64,000 nt of DNA from the NCBI GenBank assembly GCA_019057635.1, contig DXJL01000104.1:32001-96000 (forward strand). The letters are read 5' to 3'. The notes under the pieces are model-generated. The model was not told the DNA's origin. It was given only the letters and a program-made list of their open reading frames with translations, and ran no database searches. The translations under genes were made by a program, and so were the position numbers. Origin of the DNA: Candidatus Heimdallarchaeota archaeon (lineage in GTDB: Archaea > Asgardarchaeota > Heimdallarchaeia > Hodarchaeales > Hodarchaeaceae). Positions 37,996-47,883 of the stretch are shown here, in pieces (position 1 is the first letter of the stretch; each line of letters begins with the position of its first letter).

Positions 37996-39942
37996 TTGGC
38001 CAGTAACAATCCCAAACTTGCTTTTATAAGAAGTATTGCCCAACAAGCTCGAAGATTGGAACATGAAATTTCCTCTGAAATGAAAAGCAGTGTAAATAAA
38101 CTTTATTCACGACCGAAATCCTACTATACGTTGCAAGATGTAGAAGAAGTCATAGAAAGCTTAAAAGAGAAAATGATTGTTTTAAATAAGGAAGCACATA
38201 CAGAATTTTCCAAAAGAGGGATGAAAGACATTGATAATATTGACCTTGTGCAACCAGAGTCAGATTCAACACTTATAGCAAAATCTGAACTTCAAAGATT
38301 GCAGAATGAGATTGAATCCTTAAGTCAGCAAGCAACAGATTTGTCACCCTTTGAAAAAAAAATTGCCGATTTGGAAATCTTATTAGAAGAAAAAGAAGCA
38401 GAAATTTCTCTTTTAAATTCAAAGACTGGGTTAACATCTGAAAAATATCAAAATCAATTAGAAGAGATAAATCGTATCCAGGAGCTACTTGATGAAGCTC
38501 AAAGAGAATTGAAACAGACAAAATTAGAAAGGGACAAAATTGAAGCGGAGTATGAAGTCATAGGTAATACATTGATGACTACACGTTTAGAAATTGAGGA
38601 ACTACAGACAGTAATAGGAAACAAGGATATAGAATTAGAAAACTTGAACTCGGAAGTACAAGTTCTTACTAGTCATGCAGAAGATAATATTATTCTAAAA
38701 GAACAGAACATTAAGCTAAATGACGAGATAGCAAATCTCAAAACAGTTGTTCAAAATGAAATTGAGAAGGTAAAAAAAGCATCTTCTAAACAATCGGATG
38801 ATCTGTTAGAGGATAAAGAAGCTCTGAATTCACAAATTAGAGAAATTAAAATTGCTATGGCTGAATTAGAAGAAAAAAATCAAATATTGGAGAAAGAGAA
38901 TGAAGATCTTTTAATTGATTCAGGAGAAACGACTGAAGAAGCCTTAACTGTTAGAAAAGAATTATCTGAATCTAGAGTTTTGCTTGACCAGAAGATCAAG
39001 GAAAATGAAGACCTGAATCGTCGATTAAGCGATCTTGAAAATCAGGTTGAATTGCAAGAAAAAGAGAAAGTCGAATTTAAACAAAAACTTGCATCAAGTG
39101 AATCTTCTAGGGAAAAAGTGGAAGGCAATTTGACACATACACAACAAGAAATGGACGATAAGGATGCGCTTATTGAAAAAATTCAATTGCGACTTCAAGA
39201 AGCAAAAGAAGCAGAAGATAAATTACGTACTGAAAATCGTGCTTTTGTAACTTCAACAGAAGACTTACAAGTGGAAATCCAAGGTAAAAATGAACGAATT
39301 GACGTAATAGAAAAAGCTTTGAATGAAGCCCGAGAAAATCTAGCTAATTTGAAAATACATTTTGAAAAACAAAAGTCTTCTATACTCGAGCAGGAGACCC
39401 AACTCAAAACAAAAGACTTGGAAGTAGTTGAAGCAATGAAGGAATTAGACACCATCAGAGAGAAACATGAAAATTTGAGGGAGGAGATTGATGGTTCAAG
39501 AACAAAGAGTGCGGCTTTTGAGCGACAAAAAGAGACATACGATATAGAAATTAAGAGTCTAGGACTCCAGCTTGCTGAAGCGAATAAGGAAAATAAAAGA
39601 TTAGATAAGAAAATTAATTCGTTCAAGAATGAAATCACAAAGAGTAATGGGGAAAATGATGCTCTTAATCGTCAGGTAACAAAACTGAAAGAGGAATCTG
39701 AACAGTATAAACAAGCTGTCGAAGTTCTGAAAATAAATCTGTCCAAAAATCCAAAATATGCGATACTCTTTGTTCTCCAAGATATCCAACAGGCTTCAGT
39801 GGAAGAATTGGCTAAAACTGTCGCAATTCAACTTGTATTTGCAGAACGTCTGATGAAAGAATTAGAATCTGAAGGATGGATTGATTACAATGTAGATCGA
39901 GCACAAGTCACCCTGAAAAGAAGTTTCTTAGATCTTGAATAA
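37996..39942 (+). CDS. Long coiled-coil protein with C-terminal winged helix
   Basis: ~480 aa of heptad-rich sequence; C-terminus ASVEELAKTVAIQLVFAERLMKELESEGWIDY. Confidence 0.85.
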   Translation: MASNNPKLAFIRSIAQQARRLEHEISSEMKSSVNKLYSRPKSYYTLQDVEEVIESLKEKMIVLNKEAHTEFSKRGMKDIDNIDLVQPESDSTLIAKSELQRLQNEIESLSQQATDLSPFEKKIADLEILLEEKEAEISLLNSKTGLTSEKYQNQLEEINRIQELLDEAQRELKQTKLERDKIEAEYEVIGNTLMTTRLEIEELQTVIGNKDIELENLNSEVQVLTSHAEDNIILKEQNIKLNDEIANLKTVVQNEIEKVKKASSKQSDDLLEDKEALNSQIREIKIAMAELEEKNQILEKENEDLLIDSGETTEEALTVRKELSESRVLLDQKIKENEDLNRRLSDLENQVELQEKEKVEFKQKLASSESSREKVEGNLTHTQQEMDDKDALIEKIQLRLQEAKEAEDKLRTENRAFVTSTEDLQVEIQGKNERIDVIEKALNEARENLANLKIHFEKQKSSILEQETQLKTKDLEVVEAMKELDTIREKHENLREEIDGSRTKSAAFERQKETYDIEIKSLGLQLAEANKENKRLDKKINSFKNEITKSNGENDALNRQVTKLKEESEQYKQAVEVLKINLSKNPKYAILFVLQDIQQASVEELAKTVAIQLVFAERLMKELESEGWIDYNVDRAQVTLKRSFLDLE

Positions 39943-39982
39943 AAAATTCTATAAATTAGCTTAAACCAAAATTCTGGGTGAC

Positions 39983-40843
39983 TTGATGCAAGTACAAATG
40001 ATTCTTAGCAAGTGTAAAGAGAATTTAGTTGATTTAGATGATCACATCATTCTTATTTTGAAGGCTATTGATCAAAATATCAGTATTATTGTAGAAGGAG
40101 AATCAGGAACAGGGAAAACAGAACTAGCAAAAACCATTGCTTTTGCCCTTGAAAGGCCATTTTACAGAGTTGATGGAGATGAAAATCTAACAATTACACA
40201 ACTTCGTGGTTGGTTTGATCCGTCTTTAGTCATCGAATCAGGTTTTGGAGAAAAATCTTTCATACCAGGTCCTCTAACATTGGCAATGTCAAAAGGAGGA
40301 TTATTCTTCTTTAATGAAGTCAATCGCGCGCCAAGTGAATCAATTAATGGAGCACTTTCTGCGATGGATTCCAGCGAAAGATCCATTGAAATTCCACAAT
40401 ATATGAATATTAAGGCAAGAGACGATTTTTATACAATTTTTACCCTTAATCCTTCAGAATATATTGGTACTAATCCGTTACCTGAAGCATTTTTTGATAG
40501 ATGCATTAGAATCCATTTAACACATAAAACTGGAAAAATTGCAGAGGAAATAGTCAAATTAAGGACTAATTGTGCTGATGATGACTTAATACACAAATGT
40601 GTATTATTCACTGAAAAAACTCGTTCCAATACTGATTTCGAACGTGGTGCAAGTATTCGAGCAGCTATTCAGTTAACGCAATTATTGATGAATGAAGAAA
40701 ACCAAGATAAACACATAATTCAAGCGATCAATGCAGTTTACTCTGGTAAAATTAAACTACAACCTGATATTTCTCGATCAGTCGAAAAGTGTTTACATGA
40801 GATAGCTGACGAGGTTTTTTTTGAGAATAGACCAAAAAACTAG
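39983..40843 (+). CDS. MoxR-family AAA+ ATPase
   Basis: GESGTGKT; FIPGPLT.AM..G; Walker B variant FFFNEVNR; TLNP.EY.GT.PLPEAFFDR; ASIR. Confidence 0.92.
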   Translation: MMQVQMILSKCKENLVDLDDHIILILKAIDQNISIIVEGESGTGKTELAKTIAFALERPFYRVDGDENLTITQLRGWFDPSLVIESGFGEKSFIPGPLTLAMSKGGLFFFNEVNRAPSESINGALSAMDSSERSIEIPQYMNIKARDDFYTIFTLNPSEYIGTNPLPEAFFDRCIRIHLTHKTGKIAEEIVKLRTNCADDDLIHKCVLFTEKTRSNTDFERGASIRAAIQLTQLLMNEENQDKHIIQAINAVYSGKIKLQPDISRSVEKCLHEIADEVFFENRPKN

Positions 40844-41874
40844 AAAAGCGGGACGGAGAGCCCGCGGTATCAGAACACTCAATTAAATTATCTCACCCTA
40901 CTCATCAGTATGATCTGATTGAAACTATCCTTGAATATCGACTTCAGCAAAAGCTTGATACTTCGAAAACTATCGAATTTACAGAACAAGCACTCAAATC
41001 GCGAAATTTGCATGCAGTTGAAATACTAGCTGAATCATATCCTCACGTCGTGGCAGACGTCATACAGATGGAAAATTTCGACTCTAATCTTGTTTTAGAA
41101 TCAAAAAGTCTAGTTTTTCAAATAAAAGATCATCTAGATCCCTCAATTGAAAAAAAATTGATGCAAATACTAATCCCAAGGATGATAAAACACTCTGAAT
41201 CATTATTTCATAGCATCGATCGTTCAAAATATCCTATCCGAATACCATATATGCCAGGGAGAAAATGGAATGTCGAAAAAACTGTAATGAAATTCTTGGT
41301 TTCAGGGGATACAAATTTAAACTACTCACATGTCGTTTGTGAGGAACGAAAAGAAAGGAAAGCAACAGTAGTCCTCCTAATTGATAAGAGTCACTCCGTT
41401 ATTCAGCACTTGAGATTTATTATTATTTCAGCAATAATATTCAGTTTAGCATTACAAAATAAAGATATAAGTATAATTAGTTTTGACACACGACCATCTG
41501 TAGTTAAGAGTATGAAAGATAGGCGCGACTCAAGTACTCAAATTGTGAAAAAACTGATAAAACTTAGCTCAGGTGGAAAAACTGATATTTATTCTGCTCT
41601 GTTAAAAGCTCAAAAAGAATTTTCTACTGTCATAAGCAGAAAAAAAACACTCGTACTGATATCCGACTTATTAGCAACGTCTGGAGAGGACTTTTTACCT
41701 ATTTTAAGAACATTTAACGATGTTAGGATCATTGTAACACCTAGGCGTCAGACTTTACAACTGACAAAACCTCTACTCGGCCATTTACGCAGAATGAATA
41801 ATGTCAAATTATTTCTCTTACCCGAAAATGAACGATTAATCCTTAATATGTTAGAAAAGGTTTTATTTTTTTAA
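40831..41874 (+). CDS. vWA (MIDAS) domain protein; probably the C-terminal part of a frameshifted MoxR-vWA fusion
   Basis: IDKSHS, GGKTD and LISD motifs. The frame is open from 40831, -1 relative to MoxR, with no ATG/GTG/TTG until 41008. Confidence 0.85.
   Translation, partial: TKKLEKRDGEPAVSEHSIKLSHPTHQYDLIETILEYRLQQKLDTSKTIEFTEQALKSRNLHAVEILAESYPHVVADVIQMENFDSNLVLESKSLVFQIKDHLDPSIEKKLMQILIPRMIKHSESLFHSIDRSKYPIRIPYMPGRKWNVEKTVMKFLVSGDTNLNYSHVVCEERKERKATVVLLIDKSHSVIQHLRFIIISAIIFSLALQNKDISIISFDTRPSVVKSMKDRRDSSTQIVKKLIKLSSGGKTDIYSALLKAQKEFSTVISRKKTLVLISDLLATSGEDFLPILRTFNDVRIIVTPRRQTLQLTKPLLGHLRRMNNVKLFLLPENERLILNMLEKVLFF
40834..40865 (+). promoter_or_regulatory. Putative -1 programmed ribosomal frameshift signal
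   Basis: A_AAA_AAC at 40834-40840, in phase with MoxR and just before TAG; 7-nt spacer; hairpin GCGGG (40848-40852) / CCCGC (40861-40865). Confidence 0.75.
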
Positions 41875-41876
41875 TC

Positions 41877-43367
41877 CTAATTGTTGGACACTATATCTTC
41901 AGAATTTGTGGTATCAGGTTGTTCACTTAGAATCTCATCAAGAATCTTGCTGTAATTTTGTGGATGAAAGATTTTATATATTTGTAGGATTCTTGTCCTG
42001 AAACTTGGGTGATCACTATCTTTCTCTGGAGTTTGTAGGATTTCATGCTCAAATACCATTTTTTGAGGATGAGAAAGTAATGTAACAATAAAATTATCAA
42101 GTTCTTCTGCTTCTAAGTAATAACTTTCGTCTGAATCAAACTTTCTCCAATCAATTGTCTTTTCCTTCAACTTAGTCGGAGTGAGGACTTCATCATTTTC
42201 AACCATCGATTCGAAAAACTTTGTTCGTTTTTCCAGTAATGAAGGAACAGCCTGCGTTATTAGCTGATCTCGATAATCTAGATCTATTTTTAATCCATAG
42301 GCTGTCATTAATCGATGTAGCTTTTCCTCGAGAAAAATCCTTGGAGCCATTTCTCTGGCTACATCCTCATTTAACTGAGTTCGAGGGAATCGATGATTTA
42401 TATTACGCATAAAATCAGCTGAAGGTTTTTTTTCTCCTGCTAAACCATTTAGCCATTCAATCTCGTGAGATAAGATTTGCATTGTTTCACTTCTTTGACC
42501 CAGATGGATCAACGAGTTGATCAAGATATCGGATCCGACTGTTTGTGCAGCGAAATAATCAGACAAAAATTCAGCCTGTCTATTTGCTGAATACAAGAAC
42601 CTTACAGTAAACTTTGTTAGTATTGCTATGACTAAATATATTAATCCCAAAAATAATGTTCTCTCTATTGCATCAATTAATCGAAATGTTTCAAACAGTG
42701 CATTTTGGATACCGGTTAGAACCTGGAGATAAATGAATAAATAAGCAAGATTAAGAAATAAACGAGGTATAGACAAGATTAGCCGAAACAAGCTATCCCC
42801 ATGTTTAACATGGGCAAGTTCATGTGCTACAACTGCTTCAATCTCATTATCACTAAGAATTTCTAGCACATTTGTATTTAATACAATATAAGGTCTTCGC
42901 AAAAATGGAATTGGGATCAAATCCAGACTAAACGCATTAGGTACGCTTTTTCGATAAATAAATATCTTTTTGACCTTAATTTTTGTTCGTTCTGCGACAT
43001 TTGAAACAATATTTATTGTTTTATTAACTAGCTTTTCCTCTTCTGGTAAGTGAGCCATACCTTTCTTAGGTAGTGGGAAAATTTGTATCATATTCTTGTT
43101 AGAAAAAACAACATTTACTAAGAAGATTAATAATAGGATTTGTAATCCTCCTGTGAGGATTACCAGAACTGCAGTGAATCGTAATTCTGAAAATGGATTA
43201 ATTGAAATGTAAAAACCGAGAATTTTTGCGAAAGTGAAATCTGATCCTTCATCTGGAATTTGACTGATAGAAATCCAAGATACTATAATCATTTGCAGGA
43301 GTGTTAATAAGAAAAATACACTTGCATTAAAAAAACGATATACGCGGATCCTTCTAATTGAAACCAT
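41877..43367 (-). CDS. M48 (HtpX-like) membrane zinc metalloprotease with an inserted region
   Basis: PNAFS, EIEAVVAHELAH, EFLSD, DHPS..RI; TM helices. Confidence 0.9.
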   Translation of the reverse strand: MVSIRRIRVYRFFNASVFFLLTLLQMIIVSWISISQIPDEGSDFTFAKILGFYISINPFSELRFTAVLVILTGGLQILLLIFLVNVVFSNKNMIQIFPLPKKGMAHLPEEEKLVNKTINIVSNVAERTKIKVKKIFIYRKSVPNAFSLDLIPIPFLRRPYIVLNTNVLEILSDNEIEAVVAHELAHVKHGDSLFRLILSIPRLFLNLAYLFIYLQVLTGIQNALFETFRLIDAIERTLFLGLIYLVIAILTKFTVRFLYSANRQAEFLSDYFAAQTVGSDILINSLIHLGQRSETMQILSHEIEWLNGLAGEKKPSADFMRNINHRFPRTQLNEDVAREMAPRIFLEEKLHRLMTAYGLKIDLDYRDQLITQAVPSLLEKRTKFFESMVENDEVLTPTKLKEKTIDWRKFDSDESYYLEAEELDNFIVTLLSHPQKMVFEHEILQTPEKDSDHPSFRTRILQIYKIFHPQNYSKILDEILSEQPDTTNSEDIVSNN

Positions 43368-43507
43368 TTATTCCACCTTTGCAAGGAGAATCTTCGAATA
43401 ACGCATGTCAAAATATACCACGAGTGTCGATTAAATTTCTTTGCTTAGAAAATAACTCGTTGATATATGATTTGTAAATTCATAATTACTCCATATTGGC
43501 TTTTTCT

Positions 43508-46258
43508 TCACCAATATCCTGCCAAGTAGTGTAATTGTGGTACATTCTTAGCAAGAAATGTACGTATTTCATCAATAAGAACTAATATACTGCCAACAAA
43601 AATAACTACAAACCAATCGATTAGTCCTAAACCTGTTGTATCAAATATTATCTGAAGAGGGGGAAGATAAAGAATCATCAAATGAAGAGCAATAGAGCTT
43701 GAGATAGCTAACAGCAGGTAAGGATTTCTAAAGAATTCTTTCCCAATCAAAGAATGCTCTTCTTTCCGAATATTCAAGGCCATAACCATTTGAAAAATAA
43801 TAAGCATAGTAAAACTAATTGTTCTGGGGTAAATTATCTCGTCAGGGGTAGGTGCCACACCATTCACAAGATTAGGCCATAAATATAAGAAAAACAATAG
43901 CAATGAGCCAATTCCGATCATAACACCTGAATAGATGATAAAATATATTGATTTCTTAGTTAATATTTGTTCGTCAGGATCACGAGGTTTTCTAATCATA
44001 ACATCTGCATCTGGTGGGTCAAATCCAAGGGCTAAGGCAGGTAAACCATCTGTAACTAAATTTACCCAAAGAATTTGAATCGCGAGCAAAGGTAAAATGG
44101 GTTCTTTGAAAAGAATAGAGGTCAAAATCATACCCAATAACATTACCATTATTTCTCCAGCATTGCAGGAAAGCAAATAGAGAACAAATTTACGCATATT
44201 ATCATATATAGTTCTTCCTTCAAGGATCGCACCGACGATCGTTGAGAAATCGTCATCAGCTAACACCATGTCTGATGCCTCCTTGGAAACATCTGTCCCA
44301 GAGATTCCCATCGCAACACCAATATCAGCTCTTTTTAATGCTGGAGCATCATTAACACCATCACCAGTCATTGCAACAATTTGATTGCTACCCTTTAATG
44401 CCGTGACTAGTCTTAGTTTATGTTCTGGAGAAACCCGGGCAAACACATTTACCTCCTTCACTTTCTCGGATAATTCTGAATCCGACATTTTTGATAATTG
44501 GTGTCCCTCCAATGCAATATTGGATTCTGTTTCTTCAATTAATCCAATTTCAGAGGCAACTGCAATAGCTGTTTTCAGATGATCTCCAGTAATCATTATA
44601 GGTCGTATTCCAGCTTGCTTACAAGTAGCGATTGCTTCCTTTGTACCTCGTCTTGGAGGATCCATTATTGCAACGGCTCCAATGTAAATCATCCCGGATT
44701 CTATCTCTTCATTATCCTCAGAAAATATATGTAATTCAGCTTGTTCCTTTTCTATTTGTTTCGATGCCATTCCAAGCATTCTATAGCCCAATGTAGCAAT
44801 TTTCTGTTCCTGTTCCTCTAACATTACACGTGCGCTTTCTTCTAGGGGTTTCACTTTTCCTTTCGTTAAATAATGAGTACAAATCGTAATAAGGACATCT
44901 GGAGCACCCTTCATTAATACCGAATACTTTTCACTTGAATCTTTTACAACTACACTCATTCTTTTTGAATCAGAATCAAAAGGAATTTCAAACACTCGTT
45001 CAAAGGAAGATTTGGCTAGATTCAATCTTTTAGCTACTCTCAATAAGGCTAGTTCTGTTGGATCTCCAACAGCTTTCTCAGTCCGCTTTTCACCAATTTG
45101 GGCATTATTACACTCTCTCCCAATCACTAGCAATTCATTTACTGCACTATTTAATTTTAGCTTTTTTGTAACATCAAATTCAGCGTCTACAGTTAATATT
45201 TTTCTAACGGTCATTTTATTCATTGTTAATGTCCCCGTTTTATCGGAACATATGACTGTAGTAGAGCCAAGAGTTTCAACAGAAGGTAATCGTCGAATAA
45301 TTGCATTTTTCTTACTCATCTTCTGCACCCCTAGAGCTAATGAGAGGGTAACAACTGCTGGAAGACCTTCAGGTACAGCGGCCACTGCAAGGCCGACAGA
45401 TACGATAAACATCTCAAGAGCTTCCCTACCCAGAATTATTCCAATAGTAAAAATGACTGCGCATATTGCAAGGCTTCCAACACCGATATATTTGCCTAAA
45501 ATACCTAATCTTTGTTGTAATGGGGTTTCTTCTTTGGTGTCTTCCATTAAACCCTGAGCGATTTTACCAAACTCAGTTTTCATACCTGTCTGTGTAATAA
45601 TAACCTGACCCCGTCCTCTGGAAACATTAGTTCCACTAAACACAGAATTCAGCATTTCTGCGATTTGGGCATCTTTAGATACATTGGCATTTACATTCTT
45701 GGCAACTGGAAAGGATTCACCTGTTAACATGCTTTCATCGATTCTAAGGGCAAGAGATTGAAGTAGTCTTCCGTCAGCAGGAATTTTATCTCCTTCCTCA
45801 AGAAATACAATATCTCCAGGAACTAGGTGGGTGGCTTCAATACGTGCTTTTTTTCCGTCCCGAACTACTGTTGAAAATGGAGCTGCCATAGATTTAAGGG
45901 CTTCTATAGACTTTTCAGCCTTATATTCTTGAACAAAACCAAAAAAGGCATTGAATAAGACAATAACTGAGATTGCAACGGAATCAATGAAATATTCGAG
46001 TTTTGCATGTTCATCTGTAGAAAAAATACCTATTGTTATTGAAATAACAAGGGCCACGAGTAGAATCACTACTAATGGGTCAGCAAATTGCTCAAAAAAT
46101 AATGTAATAGGTGATTTACTATCGCTTTTTTTCAACTCATTCAAGCCATATTTACCTATACGGCGAGAGGCTTCTTCAGATGATAAACCTAAATCATCTT
46201 TTACTCCTAAGTCAGCCATCAATGTACGTGTATCAACAGAATACCTATTATCTACCAT
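43508..46258 (-). CDS. P-type IIA Ca2+-transporting ATPase
   Basis: TGES, PEGL, DKTGTLT, KGAPD, TGDGVND, CNAGE, QILWVNLVTDG. Confidence 0.95.
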   Translation of the reverse strand: MVDNRYSVDTRTLMADLGVKDDLGLSSEEASRRIGKYGLNELKKSDSKSPITLFFEQFADPLVVILLVALVISITIGIFSTDEHAKLEYFIDSVAISVIVLFNAFFGFVQEYKAEKSIEALKSMAAPFSTVVRDGKKARIEATHLVPGDIVFLEEGDKIPADGRLLQSLALRIDESMLTGESFPVAKNVNANVSKDAQIAEMLNSVFSGTNVSRGRGQVIITQTGMKTEFGKIAQGLMEDTKEETPLQQRLGILGKYIGVGSLAICAVIFTIGIILGREALEMFIVSVGLAVAAVPEGLPAVVTLSLALGVQKMSKKNAIIRRLPSVETLGSTTVICSDKTGTLTMNKMTVRKILTVDAEFDVTKKLKLNSAVNELLVIGRECNNAQIGEKRTEKAVGDPTELALLRVAKRLNLAKSSFERVFEIPFDSDSKRMSVVVKDSSEKYSVLMKGAPDVLITICTHYLTKGKVKPLEESARVMLEEQEQKIATLGYRMLGMASKQIEKEQAELHIFSEDNEEIESGMIYIGAVAIMDPPRRGTKEAIATCKQAGIRPIMITGDHLKTAIAVASEIGLIEETESNIALEGHQLSKMSDSELSEKVKEVNVFARVSPEHKLRLVTALKGSNQIVAMTGDGVNDAPALKRADIGVAMGISGTDVSKEASDMVLADDDFSTIVGAILEGRTIYDNMRKFVLYLLSCNAGEIMVMLLGMILTSILFKEPILPLLAIQILWVNLVTDGLPALALGFDPPDADVMIRKPRDPDEQILTKKSIYFIIYSGVMIGIGSLLLFFLYLWPNLVNGVAPTPDEIIYPRTISFTMLIIFQMVMALNIRKEEHSLIGKEFFRNPYLLLAISSSIALHLMILYLPPLQIIFDTTGLGLIDWFVVIFVGSILVLIDEIRTFLAKNVPQLHYLAGYW

Positions 46259-46438
46259 TAAAATCCCTGAAAGACGATTTGTATCTCAATTTTTTCATCA
46301 ATGCTAGTATACTCAACGTATTCACTCTATTAGTATTCGGCAAAAAAAGTTAGGGCATCTTATCGCTTTTGTGAGATATTCTTTGTAATTGCGGAATTTT
46401 CGCAAGTAATACCAGTCATTTTTTAAGCCCTTTTTAAT

Positions 46439-46529
46439 ATTCTGATAAGGGACTTGAGTTAATATCTAATACAGCTGATCTTAAACGGGTAGGGACATTT
46501 AAGTGAATAAAACTCAAGTCTGTCAGAAT
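46439..46529. other. Nested inverted repeat (candidate structured RNA)
   Basis: ATTCTGATA-AGG-GACTTGAGTT (46439-46460) pairs with AACTCAAGTC-TGTCAGAAT (46511-46529); inner stem CTTAAA..TTTAAG (46480-46503). Confidence 0.55.
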
Positions 46530-46588
46530 TCCCCTTGTCGAGAAGAAAGAAGTTCCTAACATTTCGTGAATTTTTAGAGTGATTTTTG

Positions 46589-47767
46589 TTACGCAAATAC
46601 TTGAATAACGTCGCCATCTTCTAAAATCCGATCTAATCCTACTTTTTCACCATCAAACTTTGCAGATTTTCCCCATACACGTGCAAATCGAAAAAATCTT
46701 AACATTTTCTTTGATAAGACTTCAATAGCATTTTCTATTGTACTTCCTTTGTCAAGAATTATTGGTCGCTCTGAGATATCTCCAACATTGTTTCTAGTAA
46801 ATACCCTAATTTTATTGAGTTTATTGAAAATTGTCTCTTCTATAGAATCAAATCCTTCATTATTAGAGCTAGATACGGGAATTATCTCTAGTGGTAATTT
46901 ATTAGTAGAAATATATTCCATTAGTGTTGAATAATTAGATTTCGATCCTTTCACATCTCCCTTCGTAGCAAAAATTATCGCAGGAAGGTAACTTATTGTA
47001 TAATCCAAAGCATCAAAAAATTGATCTACAGTTGTAGGTCCATGAAATCTCACGATAACATTCATGTAGCCCTTTGTTCTCATAATTTCAGTAATTTCAT
47101 CATTTCCTTTACCTTCATAATAATGAGAATTGAAAACCTGAATATTCCCTGATCCTACTTTTTCAATTATCACTGATGGTTTTTCAGTGTTTAATCGTAT
47201 TTTTCCGACAGAAAGCTCCTTTAAAATAAGTTTCAGCTGTTCAACTGGATTATGGGTTAAATCGATGGTTAATATTACACAATCTGAATTGCGAATTCCT
47301 GCTAAAACTAATTTTCCAGACATTTCTCCGCGGACACTTCCCTCAACAATTGCTGGAAGTTCAACGAGTTGTAAACGAGCTCCTCTAGCTGTTGTCGATC
47401 CCACTTCAGGTTTAACAGTCGTGAATGGATAAGCGCCAACCTTTGCAGCAGAATCTGAATGAGACAAAGAATTCAATATAGATGATTTCCCTGCATTTAC
47501 AGTACCAATAATTGCAATTTGTGCATCTTCACCCTTAGGAACTAACCATCTTTCTCCTGAACCTTTCTTAGCTTGGCGCATTTTTTCCTGGGTGGCTTTT
47601 AAGCGTTTTAATTTCTGCTTAGCCATCCTTAGATGGTTTTCAACCCCTTTATGCTTTACGACAACCCCCACAAATCGTTCAAGATGTGCGATTTGTTCTT
47701 CCATAGAGGAAGCCTCTAAGTATTTGTCCCATTCAACTTGAGCTTCATGATTGAGATTTATGGGCAC
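46589..47767 (-). CDS. DRG/Rbg-like OBG-family GTPase with TGS domain
   Basis: HKG.E; GTVNAGKSS; AYPFTT; ARVWGKSAKFDG.KVG.D..LEDGDV. Confidence 0.92.
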   Translation of the reverse strand: MPINLNHEAQVEWDKYLEASSMEEQIAHLERFVGVVVKHKGVENHLRMAKQKLKRLKATQEKMRQAKKGSGERWLVPKGEDAQIAIIGTVNAGKSSILNSLSHSDSAAKVGAYPFTTVKPEVGSTTARGARLQLVELPAIVEGSVRGEMSGKLVLAGIRNSDCVILTIDLTHNPVEQLKLILKELSVGKIRLNTEKPSVIIEKVGSGNIQVFNSHYYEGKGNDEITEIMRTKGYMNVIVRFHGPTTVDQFFDALDYTISYLPAIIFATKGDVKGSKSNYSTLMEYISTNKLPLEIIPVSSSNNEGFDSIEETIFNKLNKIRVFTRNNVGDISERPIILDKGSTIENAIEVLSKKMLRFFRFARVWGKSAKFDGEKVGLDRILEDGDVIQVFA

Positions 47768-47883
47768 GGAGGTTAATTCCTATATGGATCAATAGAAAAA
47801 TTTTTTGTTAGTCGTCTATTAAAGGTTCTACTAGATATTGATTCTATTCTCCTTTGAATTTTATGCTTTATATTACTAGCGCC

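Noticed and set aside
37996-39942. SMC/Rad50 assignment for the coiled-coil proteins
   Set aside because: No Walker A/B, signature motif, hinge or zinc hook.
40814-40824. T-run in MoxR as the frameshift site
   Set aside because: A -1 slip here meets TGA immediately and then TAG; only the downstream A_AAA_AAC site enters the open vWA frame.
41008-41010. TTG as an independent vWA start
   Set aside because: No RBS-like sequence precedes it, and the frame is open for 59 codons upstream to the slippery site. Disfavoured but not excluded.
45012-45557. 181-aa antisense ORF and the many other 60-150-aa ORFs overlapping long genes
   Set aside because: They lie opposite or within well-conserved genes and carry no motifs; expected shadow ORFs.
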